Part shown: positions 55,436 through 64,000 of the stretch, piece after piece | Layout of the letters: each line of letters opens with the position of its first letter | How positions within the stretch are numbered: position 1 is the stretch's first letter | The notes under the pieces: generated by a model | Told to the model about the DNA's origin: nothing | What the model saw: only the letters and a program-made list of their open reading frames with translations | The model's database searches: none | Origin: Octopus sinensis | Lineage: Eukaryota | Assembly (NCBI RefSeq): GCF_006345805.1 | Contig: NC_043000.1 | Location: 53,816,001 to 53,880,000, forward strand | Direction: 5' to 3' | DNA: 64,000 nt | Made by a program: the position numbers and the translations under genes

Positions 55436-56295
55436 CGAGGAGGTACTGCCCAAAAGTAAATGGAAACGTTCTCTGTGAGACTAGCCTGTTCCAGTTCAGA
55501 TTTCCGCTCCTAGAATTCACTTGGTGCGACCCTCAGGCTGCAATCCGTCGACCAGTGGCCTCGGCTGAAGCGTACTTCTAGGTGGTTCAACTTTGTTTTC
55601 ACTGCTTCCCCTTACAGTTCGTTGATTCATGCGATGGCTGAAACGAAGGAACACCGTGCTTCCATGAAATTTTGATTTCTGTTGGGGAAAACAGCTTCCG
55701 AGACAGTTGTCATGCTTAAAACAGCATACAAGGATAGTACCAGGAGCAACACACAAGTTTCCGGGTTATTTACACGCTTTAGAAATGGTTATTTGCCGAT
55801 TGAAGACCACTCTCGTTCAGGGTGACCGTCGACCTCCCGAACGAATGAAAACATCATGAAAATTCATGAACTGATCTTGGAGGACCGTCACCGAATGATT
55901 GACAAACTTGTTGATACAACTTCTGTGTCCTAGAGCTCCGGCCAACGAATTTTGAGCGAGGAATTGCTTATGAAGAGAGTTGCAGTAAAATTTGAGCCTC
56001 GCTTTCTCACGGGGTAACAAAAGCAGTTACGACTGAATGCGTGTGGTGAATTGAAAGAATGTTGATCCGGACGTTCTTTTGATAGTCATCACTGGTGAAA
56101 AAAGCTGGTGCTACGAAATTTAGAATGTGGAAGAAGTGAAAAAACAAAAACGACGAAGGCGTTAAAAGGGATTACTTTGCAAGAGTGCATTACTTCAAAT
56201 ATAGAATACTTTAAAAGCGATAAAATTGTAAACACATAAAACTAATTGAATAAAATTATATAACAAAATTCCAGTTTCTTTTGGGTACCCTCTAG
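55436..56295 (+). mobile_element. internally deleted mariner
   Basis: TA-flanked TIRs CGAGGAGGTACTGCCCAAAAG / CTTTTGGGTACCCTCTAG; MKF*FLLGKTASET...RSG*PSTS...KFEPRFLT...ITGEKSWCY. Confidence 0.85.
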
Positions 56296-56338
56296 TATAT
56301 ATCTATGCGAGCTACTGCCATCTCTAGCAGACGAGGTA

Positions 56339-56389
56339 CCCAGTACTGAAGAGATGGAGAAATAGCCCGAAATCAGGCTGGTCTGTTGG
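56339..56389 (+). ncRNA. hammerhead motif with decayed stem II
   Basis: CCAGTA-CTGAAGA-...-GAAA-TCAGGCTGG-TC-TGTTGG. Confidence 0.6.
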
Positions 56390-57049
56390 TCTCGTCGTTT
56401 GAAGATGGTAGGGATTCGTTCCCTTGCTCGCAGTATCTAGGATGCAGCAGCGTATCGTTAACCAGCAACAGGAAATGTCTTCTTGGGATTAAAAATCGCA
56501 GTAAAGTCCGTTCGAAAGGACAGCCATGTTGAAGGGGCTACGAACATTTCTTGTTAGTACAATTACTGCGTTGATCTCTTTGAGAGATTTTGGAACTATC
56601 ATTTTTGCTTATATATATATGTATATATATATATATATATATAAGGTCTAGTAGTAGTTGTAATAGTAGTAGTGGTGGGGTGGTGATGGTAGTAGTGATG
56701 ATGATGATGATGATGATGATGATGTTATATATGTGTATGTATGTGTATGAATGTATGTATGTGTGTGTGTGTTAGTGTGTGTATTATTGGCAGAAACGTT
56801 AAGGCAAAGTAAGTATAACTTATCTTCGTTTTAATCTGTAATCTAACATGATCTAAAATCATGTAGTGTGTTTGATGCTTAATGTAAAATAATTCTGAAA
56901 TAAATACTAATTTTAAATTATACCGTTATTTATATTAAACCAAGTCAGCAACTTCCATGCGCTTGTACCTTAAAACGGAACCATTATAATCGTGGCAGTA
57001 TTAATAGTCATTCTCGTCGTCGTCGTTAACGGTTTTAAATTTGTCAATC

Positions 57050-58100
57050 TATGGTTAAATGCAGAGGATAGATCTGTTACAAAGCATGCCATTTTTTCTG
57101 AAGGTTGTCGTGTTGGACATAAGATCATGACTAACATTCATAATCTTAATGTCATCCCTCGAGTATTTTTCCAGTTGGTACACATTTCCAAGTTGAATCA
57201 TCTCTCGATACCAGCACAGCTTTGTGTCTGTATTTATATCAACGGATGCTTCTAGATTGTAGGACTTTTCTTTGTTCCCTAGTTTCCAGATTTAGTAATA
57301 GCAATCTTTATTTGTCGCAAGACAATAGTGTACATATCGTGACATGTTTTCTGTAAACTTTGTTTCTGAATCTCCTGTGTGTCTCTGACACTTTAATATA
57401 AATCTAAATAAACAATATTCAGGCTACAGTGGAGAAGAAAAACCACTGGGTTTGATTTAAAAGATACGGTGAGTAATGATTGGATGCATATTGAGTGAAG
57501 CCTAGAAACCAGCTAATCAAGCAAGTGGGGCCTCATCTCAGGGAATTTGGCCGGTGCGCAATAATGTTGGCGAGAAGAAGGCCTCAAAATGGCTTGCAAT
57601 TTCTCCTGCTAGTGACCGCCAAGGGGAGCATTCCCCTAGTATTACTTGTATCTATAAGTTGTTTCCAAATAATACTTGGTTTGACACATACATAAAAAAG
57701 AAACCTTTCATTGCAATAAGGTCAATAAGCTGGTCGACTGTTTATAATTCTAACTTATACATTACAATTACAAATATCTTCAAACCTAATTGATTTAGGA
57801 AACTTATACTAATTGTTCTCATTCTTAGTGTGTCTTCTTAGCACCTCATTAATTATATATCTGTCGCGTCGAACTTCCTGGTTTCTGGCCATTCTGTTAC
57901 ATGTCTGAAGGCATTTTCATCTTTCACTTGCACTTTGAATAAAACATATCATAACCCACTCTCTTCCTATATATCGGTAAAACGTATTTCCTCTATAATT
58001 TCTCCTAACTCTTATTTTGATCCCTCTAGGTTTATACATTTCCAATTTTTCGTTATTTTCTGCAAGTTGTCTGATTAATAGTGTTTCTAAATATGTCTGC
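57050..58100 (-). mobile_element. highly decayed LINE reverse transcriptase remnant
   Basis: ordered faint motifs QNGQKPGSST, GECSPWR..FSPTLL, INTDTK..IQLGN. Confidence 0.4.
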
Positions 58101-58454
58101 ACTTAAAGGTTATTGATATTTTAACCTCAAGGGTTATAATGAAAAGCCATAGAAATAAATGAGGCTGCAATCCTAGGTAACAAAGGATAACATGCTCCAC
58201 TGAATTAATTTTTCCAGTTCCGTACTTGCTGTAAACTTACATTGCTTCTTCGACGTAATTAGCAGCTTCCTGTTTTCTCGGTGAACGTAAAATTGGTGAG
58301 CCTGGTCATGTAATTCAATCAGTGTCAACTTTATGATTTCCTATATTTATCAAAATGTCATTATAACGCCAGGAAAGAAGTATCACATAGTACGGTTTAT
58401 TTATTGAAGATATTTACGTGTTACTTTGAAACAACATAATAACTCAAACTTTCG

Positions 58455-58695
58455 CGTCCTAGTAGTTAGGCTGTTGCACTCTCAATCGATTCCCAGGCCG
58501 GGCGGCACTTTGTGTTCTTGAGAAAAAACACTTCATTTCATATTGTTGCAGTCCTCTTTATGATCGGGTTGGGGATGAAATGTTGGCCTGCTCGCCGAGC
58601 CAGCTCTGTGCCTAAAACGATGCAAAGCGCGTTGTGACCAGCGATGTGTAACAACGTCTGAAAAATTGGTCGGTCATGTTATCACTGGATCACGT
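58455..58695 (+). mobile_element. SINE family C, diverged
   Basis: TAGTAGTTAGG..CACTC..TCGATTCCCAGGCCGGGCGG..GTGTTCTTGAG..AACACTTCATTTCA. Confidence 0.65.
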
Positions 58696-59970
58696 GACAT
58701 GCAATTAAACTATATGCTCATTGGATCATAATTTTAATACGCATTGTTAGTAATATATATTTTATTGCACTACCAGTTCAAAGGTCCAGTAGATCGTAAC
58801 GGAACATTGGCAATGCAAAGTTTCTACGACCAACAACCTTAGTATTCTCTGGAACAATACGTATAGAGATAAGTAACGATTTTTGTGGCTCACTATTGAT
58901 GCAGATTCCGGAGTTCCAGAAATTTCGATTAGGTCAATTCTTTCGTCACCTTAAAAAACAACTGCAAATTTGCTTGGTCATATCTTTTACTATGTCAGAT
59001 TCTTATTTGTACTCGGATAGAAAACTAATATGGCCAATTATCAGAATATAACGTTATCATTCATTGTCATTCATTGTCAGTTTTAATTAATACTTCTTTA
59101 ATAACAACATGATGACAATGGAGCCATGAAGGTGCTTCTTTATCGACGAGATCCGTGTTTAGAATATCTTAAAACTATCGTGAAGTTACTTATTGATGTC
59201 ATAGGTATCAAAGTGATACATAGCTTCTAAAATACAGCGCAAACATGGCAGGAGGCGTTGATCATCGGTTTATAAAACTTAGGTTCACATTCGGAGTAGG
59301 AACAAAAACAAAAATGTCATAATTATAAGTAGTTAATTTGACAAAGAAAATAGAAAGGTAGTAAGTAGAGTGTTTTTTAAAGACAACTCATGAATCTCTA
59401 ATAATAAAAACACTATAATGTATAGAAACATACCATTACAATGACATCTAGTTTCTTTTATACAAGATAGTTTGAAATTTCAGAATTATCCCGACTTAAT
59501 ATAATGTTATATATAAAGTTAATGTGAAAATGGAAAACTTGGCAAACTTGTGATAAAAACTTATAAGATATATTATGAAATAAGATAAATAAGAACATCT
59601 GAATGCGAAAATATATTCAGAGAAAGAAATTGAATAAAAAGACATAAACTATTTTAGATAAAAATGAAACATTAATGCTGAATGGTAAAACATGAAATAT
59701 CATTTTTGAGTTTTCAACTTTTTTCAAAATATGTTTCCCATTGATGACATTCGCTAAAAGAAATATCAGAAGTTTCAATATCGACATTTCCTAAATAGCT
59801 TTCTTTTAAATCTCGAAACCCATACTCACACATACACACACGAAAGTACACAATCACAAATAAATGTACTATCTATCTAGCTTGCTGAATGGATAGATAC
59901 CAATATATGTGCATCACTTGCTTTCCTCGCGCTATACTTTTTCAGTTCTATCTGGAACTATAGTCTTTCT

Positions 59971-60006
59971 TCTTTCTGACGAAGAGCATTGCTCGAAACG
60001 TCACAT
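59971..60006 (+). ncRNA. hammerhead core with poor stem I
   Basis: CTGACGA-A-GAGC-ATT-GCTC-GAAA-CG-TC. Confidence 0.6.
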
Positions 60007-60119
60007 CACACCTTTTTTTCCATGATAAACCGAGCATCGACCGAATCCACTCTCCGCGTACGTCCTTTTCACTTCTGTGTTACTTTTATTTATTTATAAT
60101 TTTAAGTTGACCACACGTA

Positions 60120-60317
60120 CATTCATACATACATACATACATACATACATACATACATACATACATACATACATACATACGTACATGCATGTATGCATAC
60201 ATACATGCATACATACGTACATACATGCATGCATACATACATACGTACATACGTATGTACACACATACATACATACATACATACATACATACATACATAC
60301 ATACATACATACATACA
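60120..60317. repeat. (CATA)n microsatellite
   Basis: read directly; abuts the LINE 5' region. Confidence 0.95.
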
Positions 60318-60964
60318 TTGTAGTGGTCCTTCAGATTTCCTAAATCCTGTAAAAGAACTCGGAAAGTTGGGCCTCCAACCAGGTATTTTGCAGTACCCTT
60401 AAGCTAGCAACTATTCTGCACCTTCTTGTGTGTATATGTGTATGTATGTATGTATTGGCTAAACTGGCAAAGTGACCATTCCTAAATACAACAATATATA
60501 TAGCTCCCGTCAGTAACCAAATTTGCATATTTCAACTCAATTTAACTCAACTCAACGCAAGCCAACATAAACTCTCCTAGTTTTTAATCTCAAAACTTTT
60601 GAACACTACAATCCTACTATACTACTCTTTTACTACCATCGGAGGATAAATTTATACAAATCTATATACAACCTGGAGAAAGAAATATAACCCAAAACTA
60701 AACCCAAGACTAGTTCTAAAACTAGTCCCGTGAGTACAATTCTTCTTTCTTTTTTCTTGATCTGCATTAAACACACTGCTCATCCTGATTGAACTAATTA
60801 CACTGAACTCTCCGATACACAAGCCACGCATTTCCAAGTATATCGACACAAACTTTTCAACGGTGTATTCACTATTTAACATCAAGCCATCAATAACTGG
60901 TGTACATATACATATACACGCATACACATACATATATATATTACACAACACTACCCCACTGAAT

Positions 60965-62240
60965 ATGGCCGATAATATTCAAAAACGCCGCTGGGTTGAA
61001 TATGAAATTACTGCAATGATTAACGCTTGGTTCATCCGTCACAACGAAGCTAATGATTACAGTAAAATAACTGAGGATTTAGCGAAAAAATCCTTTCACA
61101 GATCTATAAAACAGATCGAAAATAAAATAAAAGAAATTGTTAGAATATTCCCTATTTTCCACGCGCACATGGCTACACTAGAAGCCATTCTTGCCAATGA
61201 ATCCAGTACACCAAATGACCAAATTCCAACAGGTCAGGGGTCACTTCAACAGCAACAATCAACTGACCTACTTCCATTGGCAACAGCACCTGATGAACCA
61301 AGTCAAGTTTCACTGCCGCTACAGCAACAAAAACAACAACAACAACAACACTCTAATACTACTACTAGTCAAGTTTCAATGCTGCTACAACAAAAACAAC
61401 ACTCTACTACTACTGCTACAGCCAGAATAGAAAAATCACTACTACATCCACATAAAACTATCTGCCTTACTACTCTCAAGGCAGCTGCAGATTTGACCAC
61501 ATTCTGGCAAGCCAGAACCCACTATCACAAAATCAACAACCTGCTTCTAATACTACTGCTACTACTTCCAGAATAGAAAAACCACTACTACAACCACATA
61601 AAACCCACTGCCGTTACTATTCTAAAGGCAACTGTAGATTTGGCCCCAGCGGCACAAACAACAATGGACGCTGTGCTTTTTCCCATCCTACCTTATGTCG
61701 TAGACTTGTTAAGGGCACCTGTCCATATGGTATAACAGGGAAAAATTTCCCCCACCTCCACCCAAAATACTGTCCTAAATACAGAATCCATGGTTCTGAT
61801 CCTAAATACGGATGCACAAAAGGCAATGGATGCACCTTATTCCATCCTAAACTGTGCCAAACTTCTGTGTCACAAAGGATGTGCCTGAACCCAGAATGCA
61901 ACCACCACCATCTGAAGGGCACAAAACGATCACAGAATAAATATAACAGGAACAGAGGAAATCTAGGACAACAACAAGAACAAAATACAACCACGTTTAC
62001 CCCCCTACAATCAAGCAACGTAGACAGAACCATGAAAAAACACCAAATAACGCCAACATGAAATATGTATCCTCTGACCAAGTGGCAAACCAAACAAGTA
62101 ACTCTTTTTTACTGACATACCTAGAAAATATGAAGACCGACCTAAGCCACAAGATCCAGCGAGCTATCACCAACCAACTATGCAAATCACAAGGACCACT
62201 CACCCATTACCAATTTCCCTTACCTCGACATTCCTGTTAA
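60965..62240 (+). pseudogene. LINE ORF1 with N-terminal Myb/SANT-like domain, Q/T-rich linker and CCCH zinc fingers
   Basis: RRWVEYEITAMINAW...YSKITEDL...RSIKQIENKIKEI; after a frameshift near 61466 reads CRYYSKGNCRFG..CAFSHP, CPKYRIHG..GCTKGNGCTLFHP, CQTS..CLNPECNHHH. Confidence 0.75.
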
Positions 62241-64000
62241 ATGTACATGGCATCAACCCATCAATTATTGCCCAAAAATGGAAGATCCCATATATAGAGA
62301 GTTGGCTTGCCGAAATGGCACATTGCTTCCCTTTCTTTATCCTTACCGAGACTCACCTGAACAACACCCATATGGACGCAGAGGTGAAAATAAAAGATTT
62401 CACCATTGTTCGTGCGGATCGCACAGACCGAATAAGGGAGGGACAGCTATCTTTATCCATGACTCTTTTCACTTGATACCAAGGACATATTTTCCAATGG
62501 CTACTGTGAATCGGTATCACTATAAAACAAAGCCAAGGACATAATAATTGTTGGTCTTTACAGGCCTCCCCAGGCACCTCTAAAGTACTTTGAAGAGTGC
62601 CTTAGCAAAGTCAAGTCCTTCTTCGGAAAGTACCACTCCGGACACATACTAGTGAGGTGATTTTAACTCTCATGTGAACTGGCCCACAAATACTCTGAAG
62701 TTAGGCAAGTGCTCTACATCAGATAGAGCAGCAGCAGAACCGCTCTTTAATCTTATGGATGAGTATTTCCTGACTCAGCTAGTGCTCGAACCAACGAGAC
62801 AGAATAAAACGATCTTGGATCTGGTATTGACCAATCACTCTAGCTACGTTCACAGTATTTCAGTCGAAAAAACTCTCCTCTCAGACCACGACATGGTACT
62901 CTGCAATTTTAATTCCTGACATATAAAAACCAAACCAGCCAATCCCACTACAATCCCATTTGACAACATAAACTTCTACAAAGCGGACTGGGGAGCAATC
63001 AGAAAGGATCTGTCTTCCATCGACTGGTCTTTTACTCTCAATTCCTCTCATATTGAGACCGCGTGACAGCACTTTCAAAACATTGTCACCTATACATGCT
63101 CTAAACACGCTCCCACGAAATCTACTAACACAAACAGAAACCGGCTCCCTAAAAAGAAAAAAAACACTCATCAGACGCATCAAAAGACTCAACAAAAAAA
63201 TCAACCAATTAAAATATTCCCACACACAACATCCACATTCAACAACAATGAAAAGACTAGAGCTGGAAAAACTTCATCTGCAGACCAACATGAAAACCTC
63301 CATTGAAAATCAAAGAGCTGTGGAGGAACAGTGGGTAATCAAAAACATCAAACAGGACCCAAAAGTGTTCTATTCTTATGCAAATAAGCATAGAACCACC
63401 GTCTCACCCATTGGGCCATTGATTGATGATAACGGCATTCCCCAACACGATGCTAAAGAAATGGCAGAAATACTGCAGAAACAATACTGCTCTGTCTTTA
63501 GTGTTCCCACTGATATTGACGTAAGAGAAACGAACGAAGTTGACTCCCAACATAAAACCTCAGACATAACCTTCACTGCCACTGACATCGTAGCAGCAAT
63601 AAATGAGGTCAAATATTACTCTGCTGTAGGCCCTGATAGATTCCCCGCTAGTCTCCCGAAGGAATGTAGACACCAACTTGCAGTCCCTCTGACCAACCTC
63701 TGGAGAAATTCGTTAGACGCAGGTTATATACCGAAACAGTTTCTATCCCAGTCGGTCATCCCGGTTTTCAAATAGGGAAACAGATCCCTCGCAGTCAACT
63801 ATCGCCCAAACTTACTCACCTCCCACATCATTAAAGTATTTCAAAGAGTGTTAAGATCAAGGATAGCTGACTTCCTGGAGACCCACAAACTTCTAAATGC
63901 AAATCAGCATGGCTTTTGCAGTGGCAGGGACTGTCTAACACAGCTCTTACACCACATTGAAGATGTACTCAAAGCCTTGGGAACAGGTTCGACCTCTGAC
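62225..64000 (+). pseudogene. LINE ORF2 (APE endonuclease and RT N-terminus), disrupted
   Basis: ORF pieces at 62180, 62278, 62674 and 63053 in shifting frames; in-frame TAG at 63773-63775. Confidence 0.9.

Larger units (their letters stand above)
60318..64000 (+). mobile_element. CR1-like LINE, 5' part (5' UTR, ORF1, APE endonuclease, start of RT); runs off the window
   Basis: ORF1 from 60965; ORF2 motifs NVHG, LTETHL, RADR, YRPP, DFN, PTR..ILDLVLTN, SDH, GPD, NYRP, QHGF; 5' boundary uncertain. Confidence 0.9.

Noticed and set aside
56992-57468. Candidate host exons (plus-strand ag/gtgagt at 57423-57468; ORFs at 56992-57255)
   Set aside because: No partner exons or recognisable product; better explained by a decayed minus-strand RT.

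Overview
AT-rich, microsatellite-dense eukaryotic DNA. The tRNA-derived SINE families and repeat landscape suggest an octopus or other cephalopod genome (inference). No intact host gene is present. The only cellular gene is a decayed multi-exon rhodopsin-type GPCR pseudogene on the minus strand (38289->26946), interrupted by a mariner insertion. The rest is transposon-derived: Penelope-like elements (PLEs) with GIY-YIG endonuclease remnants, two mariners, Helitrons, RTE/CR1/Tx1 LINE fragments, three SINE families, and the 5' part of a CR1-like LINE whose ORF1 has a Myb/SANT-like domain and CCCH zinc fingers. The most striking pattern is more than a dozen minimal type I hammerhead-ribozyme (HHR) motifs from many unrelated sequence families. 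Most lie in short, non-coding fold-back (inverted-repeat) elements next to (TA)n tracts. They include a circularly permuted ~484-nt retrozyme-like monomer, G3-C8 and U3-A8 core variants, and a PLE whose 3' end couples a tRNA-like Pol III promoter to an HHR. All alignments were made by eye, so coordinates of decayed elements are approximate.
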